Positions 47,290-59,828 of a DNA stretch of 64,000 bases are shown here, piece by piece; position 1 is the first letter of the stretch, and each line of letters starts with the position of its first letter. The notes under the pieces are model-generated. The model was not told the DNA's origin, searched no databases, and worked only from the letters and a program-made list of their open reading frames with translations. Source of the stretch: Podarcis vaucheri (Eukaryota); the NCBI GenBank assembly GCA_965113315.1, contig OZ220363.1; one strand, given 5' to 3'. The translations under genes and the position numbers were made by a program.

Positions 47290-47444
47290 CAGTGGCGTAG
47301 CATGGGTTGTCAGCACCCGGGGCAAGGCAAGTAATTTGCTCCCCCTAACCCGTGGATTTTAGCACTCATGTCTCTTCCACGCGCCCCCCAGATGTTGCGC
47401 CCGGTGTGGCAGGCCCCCCCTGCACCCCCCACGCTACGCCACTG
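47290..47444. mobile_element. hAT-type MITE
   Basis: TIR CAGTGGCGTAG / CTACGCCACTG; 8-bp flanks GAGGTAGA / GAGGTGGA. Confidence 0.85.
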
Positions 47445-47660
47445 GAGGTGGAAGAAGAATTACCTGTTGATGACTTCTAAACTGAATTTATACACGTTTC
47501 CACAGAAGAAGGTCCACTTTGGTTTCCTTACTTTCAGGTCAGTGTGCACAGAATTGCAGCTTTAGGGCTGGGCTGGTTTTTAGGGGCCCAGTTTTCTAGC
47601 TTTGTGTGCAACACTACATCCATTCAAACATGCTGCTTCTCAGATTGTATATGCCAACTA

Positions 47661-47919
47661 CCGTATTTTTTGCTCCATAAGACTCACTTTTTCCCTCCTA
47701 AAAAGTAAGGGGAAATGTGTGCACGCCTTATGGAGTGAATGCAGGCTGCGCAGCTATCCCAGAAGCCAGGACAGCAACAGGGATTGCTGCTTTCACTGCG
47801 CAGCGATCCCTCTTGCTGTTCTGGCTTCTGCGATTCAGATTCCCCCCCCCCTTGTTTTCCTCCTCCAAAAACTAGGTGCGTCTTGTGGTCTGGTGCGTCT
47901 TATAGAGTGAAAAATACGG
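47661..47919. mobile_element. Pogo/Tigger-like MITE, family D (short form)
   Basis: TIR CCGTATTTT / AAAATACGG, TA flanks. Confidence 0.85.
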
Positions 47920-48624
47920 TATATATTTGAGAAAATGTATTTGACTGTGCCAGCCTTTGCAAGCCTAATGCCCTGCAGATGTTTTGGAGGACAACTCGGC
48001 TGGGTCTGGCGGGGTTGTCATTTAAAACACCTGGAAGCACCAGATTGGCCAGGCTGGCTTATTCCTTTTCTCTGACCCATTGATTATTTCCATATGCATA
48101 TTGGAGGCAAGGGAAAGGACCTCCAGCCCATCTAGCTATCATAAACGTGCATACTTACAGCAGGCTTTCTCCTTTCGCAAAAGTGATATTTACACAGTGT
48201 GGGGAAGAACTAGACATGGCCATCCATTTTCTCTCCCCAAAGGGTGCATTCAGCTGAGCTAGCAGCTCTTTGTCAGAAATCACGGCGCCCCTTGGGATGG
48301 GAAATAACGCTTTTATTGCATTCAAAACTTGAAGATCAGCTTGTAAACTCTCAGCACACCCCCTACAGCATATTCTGGGCATGCCCTAAAGCTGCAATTC
48401 TATGCACGTTTACCTGAGAATAAGTGCACAGGGTCAATTTGCACACCTGTTTAACTCCATTATAGACGACTTTCATTTTCATGTCTTTGATTTGCATTTC
48501 TATAAGGCTGATTCCAGATGAAAGGCCCTGTCTGCTGCGACGAATCTGCTTTCCTCTATTGTGCTACAGGCATTGTTGTAATACACTCATTTTTATATTA
48601 TAAGAATGCATTCAACGACTGCCA

Positions 48625-49254
48625 TACCCTCTAACATTCCTTAGATGAAAATAGGAACATTTCTCACTCCCCTACAACTGACCCTCCTCGACCCCCATTT
48701 TGCTGTCCCCCTCCCCTCCCCCTGAGCATTTCCTATCAGAAGAAGAGCGAGTGGGACACAGCATCCTGAGAAAACCCCTTAATCCTGATCTTATTTTACA
48801 AAACCAAAAAACCCCACACCAATAAATAAATTTGAAAAAGGTCAAGATTAGACACGGACACACATAGCATTCTTTTTAAAAAAAACACGCTCCACTCTGC
48901 TGTGCCTTTCTTCCCACCCAGGGTGGCCCTGCCCTCTGCCTGCCCCTCAGAGACCACCGTCTCGTGTCACATGGGGCCAGGCCCTCCTCCCCCTCTCTCC
49001 AGTAGTCTCCAGTAGTTGCTACAAGCTGCCCAAGGGAGGAGGCTGGCAGCGGTGGCCCTGGAGAGGCAACGGGATGTTCCCTCACAGCTGAAGCCACCGT
49101 CACTTGGGACAAGTGCTTCCTCCTCCTCCTCCCCGAGCTTGGTGGCAGTGGCACTGACAAGGGAAATTGGGGCATTCTGGGATCAAATTGGAAACCTGGA
49201 TGGCTTTCATAATTCCAGGGCTGGGCCTGGAAAATTGGGGCTCTTGGAGGGTAA
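48625..49254. mobile_element. Probable hAT-type non-autonomous element
   Basis: Inverted ends TACCCTCTAA / TTGGAGGGTA. Confidence 0.45.
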
Positions 49255-49264
49255 GGCTCTATTT

Positions 49265-50240
49265 CCCTGTAACATCTAAATCAGGAGAGGCCTGGGCTTG
49301 GTGGTGGTCTGGAGGAACTCCAGTAAACTGCCTCTGAATCCTGACACGATGGAGGCACTGTGCCTAGGTGGTTCCCAAGTCCAGATGGGTCTGTTGCCTT
49401 TTGGGATAGGGTGATACGTCCCCTAAAGGAGCAGGTTAATAGTCTGCGGTTACTCCTGGGCCCATCATCTGAGGTGACCTCTGGTGGCCAGAAGGCCTTT
49501 GTAACAGCTTTGGCTGGTTATAGAGTTACAGCATTTCTGGGTCAGGATAGGCTGGTCACTATCACCCATGAGCTGGTACAGCTTGCATACCTGTATGAGC
49601 CCTTGAGGCTGCCCTAGAAGTGGCAGCTAGTGCAGAATGTGGGAGCTGGACTGCTCAGTGGGGCAGAAGGTCACCATCGTATTTTCCTGCTACTGAAAGA
49701 ATTGCATTGGTTGCCAATCAGCGAGCTGCATTTGGTATACACAGCTTGAGACCAGGATACTTAAAATATCATCTCCTTCCCTACATACCCAACTGATGAC
49801 CACGGTGTTCTGCAGGAGGGAACATCCTGCAGATACTCCTCTATCAGCAGGTCCCTTCTGCAGGAATGGGACTTCCGTGTGTTGGAATCAGGCCTTTAGG
49901 ATGGAGGAACCTACCCTTGGGAAGTCCCTCCCGTTGCTTACCAGACAGGCACCTTCTTTTCAGTGCGTGCTAAAGATGTCCCTCTTTTAACAAGACTTCT
50001 AAAATCTTTATCTCAGTAGGTATCTGTCTTGGAGTGGAATTGATTTTATATATGTGCTGTTGTTGTTTTCAAGTGTTTTTAGGTGTGTGTGTAATTTTGC
50101 TTTTATATATGCAATTGTTTTAGCTGTTTTTATATACTGTAAATAACCGCTGTGTATGTAAACTGCTTTATATCTTGCATTGCTTTGGGATGCCTCAAAG
50201 GAAGCAATGCATGCAGGAACAAAAGAATAAATAACTTCAA
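49265..50240 (+). mobile_element. Old L2-clade LINE 3' fragment
   Basis: Degenerate match to 36030-36780 (CTGAATCCTGAC, CCCCTAAAGGAGCAGGT, LHWLP-like TTGCATTGGTTGCCA). Confidence 0.6.
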
Positions 50241-53200
50241 ATTTTAAAAAAATACGCTTTTATGTATTGGCGAGTCATTCAAAATGGCAAGGGGGAGAAA
50301 TACGATGCCTTATATTGATGTCAATAGATCATCCAATAAGTGCCTGTGACATGACTTCTGATATGGGGAAGGGGAGGTATGTCACACTCACCATTCCTAG
50401 GAGCAAGAATTACTGCTTTTTAGGAACTTTTGTTGAGCACATGGAAGCTGCTTTCTGCTGAGGTCTTTCCCAGCTTTGCTAACTGGAGATGCAAAGTCCT
50501 CAGTTTGAACTTGGAGAAAGCATGCGCTTCCACAGTGACCTGGGATCCCTCCCTGGTTTTGTTACACATCAATGATGAATCCCCTACTCTGGAAACACAT
50601 TCTGGGGCCATGTTACCTGACTGGTTCAGCCACAGATCAACAGTTATTCTGTCTCAAATGCAGTATCTGGTTAAGGCATAAATAACATTTCCTGAACTTT
50701 CCTTGCACACTTTTGTCTCTTATGCTTAGTGTCATGACCCAGGTAACTCACATGCAAGAGGGTCTGATATCAATTCACATGTGTATCCCAGGCCAGTGCT
50801 TGGAAACAATGGCTGTATTAGAATTAGTTGACCTGCCAACAAAATCTGTAGGCAACCCATGATTACATGCTGTTCCTGTTTCTTGCCTTCCTTTCATCAA
50901 GCTGCTAAATCACAACGATGGAAATAGATTCATCACTGTCCTGGTATTAATTTTCCACATGAGCAACCGCTGCAGTTGTCACAGAGCTGCTACTGATCAC
51001 CAATTGCAGGGGAGGTGTCCGAGTGACAACCTATCAACACTTTGGCCACCACACAGAAAGATTTGCATGATGCCCACAAGGAGTCAAGGCCACCTATTTA
51101 GATGCTTCCAGGTTCGTCTAAATTAAATCCCTTCTTTATAAACAATTTATTTATGCTTCTGGGACTTGATTAAATCTTTCATACTTTGACTTATATCTTT
51201 GCCTGAAAGGTTCTATTTATCTTTCCGTTTTCTTTTGTAGTTACCTTCCAATTAAAAGAAAAGAAAACCAAGCCAACCACTGGGAAATCCTGGCTCTCTT
51301 ACTCCAATACCACTGTTTATGATTTCCAGTCATCAAACTTCTTCTATTACTGAAGTCTCACCCCCCCACCCCCACCCCGTAAAGAGGAAAGCTTTGATAT
51401 TTGCAGAAAATATGAACTTTACTTTAAAAATGCATGTGTTGAATTTTCCTGTGCGCTGTACAATTGCACATTGAAAAATTAATTCAGTTATTGCAATTTT
51501 AGATGTAGAAGGAAGCTGTAACTCTGGCACAGAATATAGAAAAGAGCAAACAGTGTGTCTGTTCTGTTCTATTCTATTCTTCACACATGCACACACACAC
51601 ACAAACAGAATAATAATAATAAATAATAAAGTTGTGCAAAACTCTAGGAGTCCTCACCCCACAACACACACAGCTTAATTCCATGCTAGCTTTTTTAAAG
51701 GGGGACATTTATTTCCTTTTTGGACAATGCTTTGGTATGATGCTGGCTCCAAGGGTAAAGAATTCTGTGGGCCAGGGGTGAAGACTGCCACATTATGAAT
51801 GAATCCATACAACCCTCCCTTGCCTCCACGAATTGTTTCAAAAGACACTCAAAATCCTGTTTGCTGAAAGCCTAGTGGCATCATGACGCCCTGAAAGCAG
51901 TTTTCATGCGGATCTGTGACAGTGGCAATAAAAACCACTTTCTAATTGAGGGAAATGTTTATCCACCTATCATATTCTGACTGCTCTGTTCTTGTCCTCA
52001 GGTGAGGTAGTGAGGAAGCTGGCCAGGTCTCTGCTTTGAAGATAATCAGAGCACATAAAGGATACAGCAGTCTCTTAGATAAAAGGAGTCAAAGCCATTT
52101 TGGTAGCTAGCCTCTTTTTTTATTACTACAGCTAGAATAAGGGTTTAAATATTCTCAGTGACAAGACCAAAGAATGAAACTTGGCACAAGCATTTGTTTA
52201 GGCGTTTAAAGTAATATTAGAAGGGGTCTTCAGGGCCTCAAAGGCTTAACGCAGATTTTCAATCAAATGTAGTGAGAGAATTACAATAAAGATGGATAAT
52301 ACCAGGATCTTTGCCAATACCACAGTCAGACACAGAAGGAAATTGAAGAATGCTGATAACACGGCTGTGGAATGAGCCTCGAGCTGTTGTGTTCATGGAT
52401 AAAGGATTGTGGTTGTTGCTCGCTAGAGATTCTCTGGGAAGAGGCTGCCCTGCCTGTCATGTTCAGGCACCGGCAACCGGCGTATACAGGGCTCCAGTAG
52501 CTCCAAGATATGCACACTCTGTGTTGATGATGAAACGGAGGATAATCAGTGCAAGATTGCAGCCCCCCCCCCTGCATGCAACCTCCACACATTGGTTGGC
52601 ATTTCTGCACAAAGCAAAGAAATGTGCAAAGTCCATGTGCAAAAGTCTTTCTGCAACGATCGGCTGCTGTGTGTGTGTGTTTCTGCAGGGGGCAGATTGC
52701 ACATTCAGCTCATACATGCCTAAACTTTAGCAGAAGAACCAAATGGCAAGTGGATGTTATGAGCAAGTCAGTGATCCTATTTCTCTCCCTCCATGACTTT
52801 TTTTATCCTCATAAACATGGAGGAATTGAGTGACAAATTCAAACTTCTGGGAACCCTGGGAGGATGTGATCGTGTCCTCGTAGGTTTCCTGACACAAAGG
52901 CAAGGGAGCACTGAGTGTAGTTGAATGTATGGTCTTTGGATGCTTCAGTTGAGATTCCTGCATTCCTGAAGGGCCTCTTCCAACTATGGTTCTATGATCC
53001 TTTGGTATGTCGTCTGTATAGGTCTAAAGCCTGCAAGGATGACAGTTTGCATAGAGACTTGCTGGTTCATTGAGCATGAACTCACAGCTAACTGTTATTT
53101 TTAAAGGTGCATCTTAAAGAATAATAAATCACTCGATGGGGAATTAAACTTTTTCCAAATCCACTTTTGATGCTGTTAAAATCCGTTGCTTGTCTCCAGC

Positions 53201-55270
53201 GCCCACTAACTGGAACTGAATCCCTGGTCTTTGCCAATTCAGTATTGCCATTTAATAAATTACCAGTTATAATGTAGCAATTTCCTTTAATTACTGGTTA
53301 CAGTAATTTCTTAATTAGATATCTGATAGTAGCTTATGATTAATTCAGAAGTGGCTATCAGGACTAGCATTCGATTTCTGCAGTGGGGGAAACAAATCAG
53401 GAGAGGTGGAGATTAATCACATCTATTAAATTTGAGGTTTGAAAACTGCCACCCGCACATTAGATGCTGTCTTTAAAGCAGAAGAAATACAATTTCCTCC
53501 AGGTGAGCACAAAACAGCATCTCTTTAAAACACGAAGACACCTGCCTGGTTCTCCTCTTCTCTGGCTCTGGGGTTGCCTGTCCCGGTCAAAAGCCACAGG
53601 CTGTGTGTTTTCACAGGCTCCCAGATAGTGCATCTTCTGCAAGGCCTTGCAGCTGGACTGTGTGTCTCTACTGTGCAGGCGTTGTGGAGGGTACCCTGTT
53701 GGACTTTAACTGGGGAGGAAGTGCCATGTTAGTACAGGCTTGAAACTGCCAAGCCCAATATGCCAACACGGTGGGGTATCAAGTGATCTCTATCTCTGCC
53801 AATGCAGCAATGATGGAATTGCTCACATAATGGCAGAGAAGAGCTCCTGCTCTTTCTACCATCTGCATGGGCAGCGGTGCCCACACTGTGCCAAGCTCCT
53901 TCCAGCCTTGTTCCCTTGCCTCTCAGTAAATAGGAGGCAGGAGAACAAAGCAGCCTCACCTGCTAGGCCTGCTGGCCCCTCCCACTGCCTGCTATGGACA
54001 GGGCCATTACAAAAGACGTCCTGGGCGTCCTCACGCCACCCAACCTCAAGGACCCATTTCCTGTCGCTTCTGGCAACGCACGCGGAGCTCCGAGGCATCG
54101 CCAGGCAGCCACCTCCTTGCTTTTCCCTGGAAAAAGGTTTTCCTTTTCTTGTGAAAATAGCAAAAGGATATAGGAAACATGCATTTAAACGGGATAGCTC
54201 TCAAATGGTCTTATCTTAATGTGAAGCATTTCCAACACGTTACCTCATCTCAATATGAACTGCATGTAACTTGCCATACGTAAATGTTGTTTCTCACATT
54301 CCTAACATTGCAAGAGAGAGGCTCTCTGCCTCCTCACTCTGAACCCTAAAGCCACTAATATGCAAGTTATTTCTTCTCTTCTTACTCTCCGCAACCACCA
54401 ATCTCACATCATTATCCTCTCGCTTTACATGAGACACTTGTGCAGCTCACTCCAATTCACCATTACGTGATCTGGCAATGGCCCCAGTGGGGGGCAATGG
54501 GGACAAGGAGCACTGCAGGGGAGAAGAGGCATGAAGGATCACTTCACGTAGTTGTGCCACCCGCTGCCCCCACCCCCAGGGAAGCCCGAAAAGGTAGATT
54601 TCTCCATCAGTGTCATTATCCGCAGTGCAGATAATCCCACAACGCCTAGATAAAATAATACTTGCCCACACTGGGCAAATATCCCAGAGGCGGTGGAATC
54701 TGTGGAAGCTCAACAAGCTCAGTTAATTGCAAGAGACGGAAGAGCTTCCAGGCTGCAGCTGATTTGGGAAATGGAAGGGGCCAAATACCCCAGCAAAGGC
54801 CACACATTTCTCCCCCAACATAAGGAACTTCAGATGTGCATATCAAATTAAAGATGCTTATCTGTGCTTATCCAAATACATGGACCTTATTTGATAATCT
54901 TGGTCGTTCTGCATAGCAGAGATATTTTCATTTATATTTCATTTATATTTTTGACTAGCAGGAAGTGCCAGTACCAAAGAAATACTGTATGGACCATGCA
55001 ATTTGTGAGTTTATTAGGGCACGTACGCACGCACGCATGCACGCACACACACCAACCCAGGGCTCTCTCCTGACCCAGGGAACACCTGTCCCAGCCCCAA
55101 AGGATTGTGGGGGGAGGTAATCTCCCCAAGTCTGACTCCCCCCCCGACAAAGGCTAGTGCCATTGTAGCTCCGCCCTTTCATATACCAAGAAGCAAGGGC
55201 TTCCCAAATGCTGCCTGCAGAACAGTGATTTGATTATTTAATTTCTATGCCGCTTAATATATTTAAAGTA

Positions 55271-55669
55271 CAGTGGTGCCTCGCAAGACGAAATTAATCC
55301 GTTCCGTGAGCCTCTTCGTCTAGCGGTTTTTTCATCTTGCGAAGCAACCCTATTAGCGGATTAGCGCTATTAGCGGTTTAGCGGCTATTAAAGGCTTAGC
55401 GGCTATTAAAGGCTTAGCGGATTAGCGGCTAAAAGGCTATTAGCGGCTATTAAAGGCTTAGCAGATTAGCGGCTAAAAGGCTATTAGCGGCTTAGCGGCT
55501 TAGAAAAAGGGGGGGAAGCGGAAAAAAATCGGAACACTTGCAAGACGTTTTCGTCTTGCAAAGCAAGCCCATAGGGAAAATTGTTTTGCGAAGCAGCTCA
55601 AAAACGGAAAACCCTTTCGTCTAGCGGGTTTTCCGTCTTGCGAGGCATTCGTCTTGCGGGGCACCACTG
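55271..55669. mobile_element. Tigger-like MITE, family A, with expanded internal repeat
   Basis: Same TIRs as 16379-16720, TA flanks. Confidence 0.9.
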
Positions 55670-55785
55670 TATCTCTAAGTGGTGTATGGAAAACGGAAGC
55701 AACAATGGAGAACTAAAACAAAAACATTACAGAAATGCACAGTAACATATAAAAATGTTACAATAATAAGAGGTAAGAAATAAAT

Positions 55786-55940
55786 AAAAGTAAAGGACCT
55801 CTGGAAGGTTAAGTCCAGTCAAAGGTGACTCTGGGGTTGCAGCACTCATCTCGCTTCAGGCCGAGGGATGAGTGTGTTAGTCTACAGACAGCTTTCTGGG
55901 TCCTGTGGCCAGCAGGACAAAACTGCTTTTGGTGCAACGG
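55786..55940 (-). mobile_element. Sauria SINE 3' fragment
   Basis: GTAAAGGACC...ACTCTGGGGTTGCAGCACTCATCTCGCTT matches the family 3' end. Confidence 0.65.
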
Positions 55941-56368
55941 AACACTGTGACGGATTCCAGAGTGCACAGAAAGTATTGGTACAAAATATGACAGAATATA
56001 AATATGAGCTACAACTAGCAACACAACTGACAATTGAAAAAAGGTTAAATACTTGGGGCTTTGGTTGACAGCTAAGAGTATAAATATCTTTAAGGATAAT
56101 TATGTAAGAACCTGGAAAGAAATAAAGAAAAATATGGATGTTTGGGGAAGGATGAATTTATCACTATGGGGAAGAATTCAGGTAATGAATGCCAAGAATG
56201 CTATTTTTATTTCAAACAATACCCATAGCCAGCGGAGCGGGACACATCAAACAATGGCAAAAAGATGTTTCTAGATTTATCTGGCAGGGGGGAAACCCAA
56301 GGATTAAGTATAAATTATTAACAGGTGTTAAAGAAAGAGGCTGATTTTCACTGCTGGATTTGAAATTA

Positions 56369-56594
56369 CAGTGCTACCTCAGAAGTCGAACGGAATCGGT
56401 TATGGAAGTCTGTTCAACTTCCAAAACATTCAGAAACCAAGGCCAATCAGAAGCCAACTGGAAGCCATGGAGGCCACATTGGATGTTCAGGTTCCAAAGA
56501 ATGTTTGCAAACCAGAACACTCACTTCCGGGTTTGCAACATTCAGGAGCCAAAACATTCGACTTGCAAGGAGTTTGGGATCCAAGGTACGACTG
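56369..56594. mobile_element. Tigger-like MITE, family C
   Basis: TIR CAGTGCTACCT / AGGTACGACTG, TA flanks. Confidence 0.8.
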
Positions 56595-56852
56595 TATATT
56601 ATGAAGCGTCCTGCCTCTGCTGGCTGCGGGGATGGATAACTTTTTAAAAATACAGATATTCTAGACCTTGAGGGTTACAATAACAAGTTTGGATGTCATG
56701 CATATTTTTGGTATGAGAAGACCAAAGTGCACAAATGGTTTTTAAATCATTTGGTGAGAAAATCAATTTATGTTGTATGGGGAAATATAAAAACCTGTTA
56801 GAACAGAAGTCACTATGGTGGCTTTCCCCATCGGAAGCGATATCCTTGAAAA

Positions 56853-57228
56853 AGATCATGGCCACTGCGCCCATCACCTCCTGGTAAATAGAAGGGGAAG
56901 AAATGGAGGCAGTGAGAGATTTTACTTTCTTGGGCTCCATGATCACTGCAGATGGTGACAGCAGTCATGAAATTGAAATACGCCTGCTTCTTGGGATAAA
57001 AGCAATGAGAAACCTAGACAGCATCTTAAAAAGACCCTGATGTTGTGAAAGATGGAGGGCACAAGGAGAAGAGGACGACAGAGGACAAGATGGTTGGACA
57101 GTGTTCTCGAAGCTACCAGCATGAGTTTGACCAAACTGCGGGAGGCAGTGGAAGACAGGAGTGCCTGGCGTGCTCTGGTCCAGGGGGTCACGAAGAGTCG
57201 GACACAACTAAACGACTAAACTACAACA
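56853..57228 (+). mobile_element. BovB/RTE fragment with internal deletion
   Basis: EEMEAVRDFTFLGSMITADGDSSHEI..RLLLG joined directly to the BovB 3' end GGTCACGAAGAGTCGGACAC. Confidence 0.85.
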
Positions 57229-57883
57229 AAAAAAGTGAATGGGCAACCTATAAAGAGTTATTATTGGAAGTGGAACAGCAATTAAAGTTGAAAAGATTTG
57301 AGGATAGATGACATTTAGTAACAAATTGGTTGAAATATCAGCAATTAAATGATGTGTTTAAAATTGATAAGAAAAATAGATTTATTGGAAAATAATGTGA
57401 ACTTGCTTTCTAAAATGTATAAGTTGTTGCTAGAGTGGCACACTAAGGATGAAGAAGTTAAATCAGTAATGATACAATAGCCAGATATTGGGCATAATAT
57501 TCAATTTTCATCTTGGGAAAGGTTGTGGAAGGAGAACCTAAAATTTACAGCATGCTGTGCGCTGAAGGAGAATTATATGAAAATAACCATAAAAGGGTGG
57601 AGGGAATCCTAAATGATTATGATGATGTTTATTGTTTGAATTTAAATTTGCAATGTAAAACTCAATTTAAAAGATTTATTAAAAAACACACACAGAAATT
57701 ACACTTCATTATGGGGGGGGGGGAAGAGAGGTCCCCCACTTTTACACCATGACCTTCCAGACTCTGCCTCTGGTGTTTCCTGGGCTTTGAGGTCCTTTCC
57801 TTGAGTTGTCCACCCATCTCCTGCATCCTGATTCCACAAAGGTGAAGGTAAAAGTTATCTTATGAATAAAAAAGAAAAAGTCC

Positions 57884-58441
57884 AGTTGAAGAGGATGTTG
57901 AAATATAATTTTGTAAAGAAACCAGAAGCCTTCCTTTTAGGAATGACAAGAAATGAAATAAACAGAAAGGATTTTAAACTCATTCAGTATGCAACTACTG
58001 CAGCAAGAATATTAATGGCCCAAAAATGGAAGCAGGAAGAACTACCGACTCTGGAAGAATGGAGAATGAAGTTAATGGACTATGCAGAACTGGACAAACT
58101 AACTGGAAAAATAAAATATCAACGGGATCACAAGTTCATTGAGGACTGGGGAAAATTCTCTGAGTATTTGAAAAGTGTATGTGATGAGCAAACAACGGTA
58201 GTGGGTTTTAAAGAAGCTTTGTGAAAGAACAAGGAATATTGCAAGAATGCAAATATGTTCGTAAAGGTATTTTAAAAGGCGATATTAATTTTGGGAATGC
58301 ATAGATAATAAATTTAAATACGGATGATTGTCAGAGAAGCTGAGGGAAGTCCAAAAGAGAAAAATATGTTAATTGAGAATTGTTAATTGGAGATATTTGT
58401 GTAAAACTTAATAAAAAATTATTCAAAAAAAGAAAAGAAAA
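57884..58441 (+). mobile_element. L1-clade 3' fragment
   Basis: LKRMLKYNFVKKPEAFLLG...QYATTAARILMAQKWK...VGFKEAL, homologous to the end of 4519-5859; AATAAA and A-tail. Confidence 0.88.
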
Positions 58442-59828
58442 GGTGATAATAGATGCAAAATTGTACATGATAAACCAATTATCAGCTGGAGGAAAAAAAA
58501 GTCCTTCTAAAAGGAAAAAAAAGGGGGAAAGGGAAATGCGGTTCTGTTGAATGGCCTGGGTTACTGGAATGTTAAATGTGCAGTATATATCTGAATGAAA
58601 GGGAAAATGGTGGCAAGCAGGAAACATGGATTATTTAATTTTCAGAGTAAAGGCAGGTGTGAGCTATTTACGTGATAAATTCAGGAAAGAGAAAGCAATA
58701 CTCCAAATCCAGTGGCAATAAGCGAATCTCTAAAAATACAAGGGACTGATCAATTTATTTAAGCTGAGTTAGAGCTTTCTTTTGGAAAGAGAACTGACCA
58801 GATGTCTCTTTATTGCCACATACAATGCGCCACTCACAGTGCAACAATCCATCAGGGGCCTTGAACTGGCACTACAAAAAAGTCTCTGGCACATTTTTAC
58901 AGAAAGACCCATATTCTCACAACTTCTGTGCATCTTTGCACTTGACAAATAGCTGTTTGACTCCAGTTTTGTTCTGATTCACTATTCTGTCAAGCACAGG
59001 GCCCCTATTCAAGTGGCCAGCAATGGTGGCCTACAACTTGCTGTTTTCTTTTCTTTTCTTTTCTTTCTTTGTTTCCCCCTTGACAGACACTTGTGTACTT
59101 CTTCTATCATGTAGCTGGGCATCTGAAAAACAAAAACAAAAACCCGTTTTCAATGATTTTACAACAAAAAAAAAAATCACACAGCATGTTAAAAAGAGGT
59201 CTGAGTGACTCTGGTAGGATGTGAGAAGAAACTGTTCATGTCACGAAGTTCTCAGGCTCTATCCCTCCCCCTTCCTCATATACTTAATGTTGACAGTTAA
59301 AACTGGGATGTAAATAATCAATATGATTGCATTTGTTTATGTGTTTAAGTTACAATGAATATTCTAGTACCAAAATTTGGATGCAAATCTTTTCATTGTT
59401 TGCATACTTTGATTTTACTTCAGAATTATTGCAAATGAATTTACTTTTCTTGGTTCCTACAAGAATCACACACTAAAAACTGTTTCCCAAACTGACACTT
59501 GGTATTGGGTTTTGTTGAGAACTTGTTTCCCCCACTGAAATGCGAAAACCAAATTTTGGTAACCTGAATATTCATTTTACTTTGGATTTTCAGACTCATT
59601 CTTTGAAGCCTGAACATGTTCTTAAAATGAAGATTTTTGAGAATCTCCAAAATAAAATTGACTGAAACTTTTGAAGCAATTAAGTGTTCAGTATTACTGC
59701 TTTACCTAATAAAGCAAAAAGTAGTGGTACTGAAATTATGGCTGGCTATGACATCCTGGGGTTTCCATGGTGATATGCTTAAGTCACTCCTTCCATCAAT
59801 GAGATTCCTTGATTTTCCATTACCTTAT

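Larger units (their letters stand above)
55960..57690 (+). mobile_element. Decayed L1-clade ORF2 fragment with nested MITE (56369-56594) and BovB (about 56853-57228)
   Basis: KYLGLWLT, NLSLWGRI, YYEASCLCWL parallel the 4519-5859 protein, with many frameshifts. Confidence 0.8.

Noticed and set aside
52326-54219. Cys-rich ORFs of 80-160 aa
   Set aside because: No motif similarity; composition is explained by TG-rich sequence and chance
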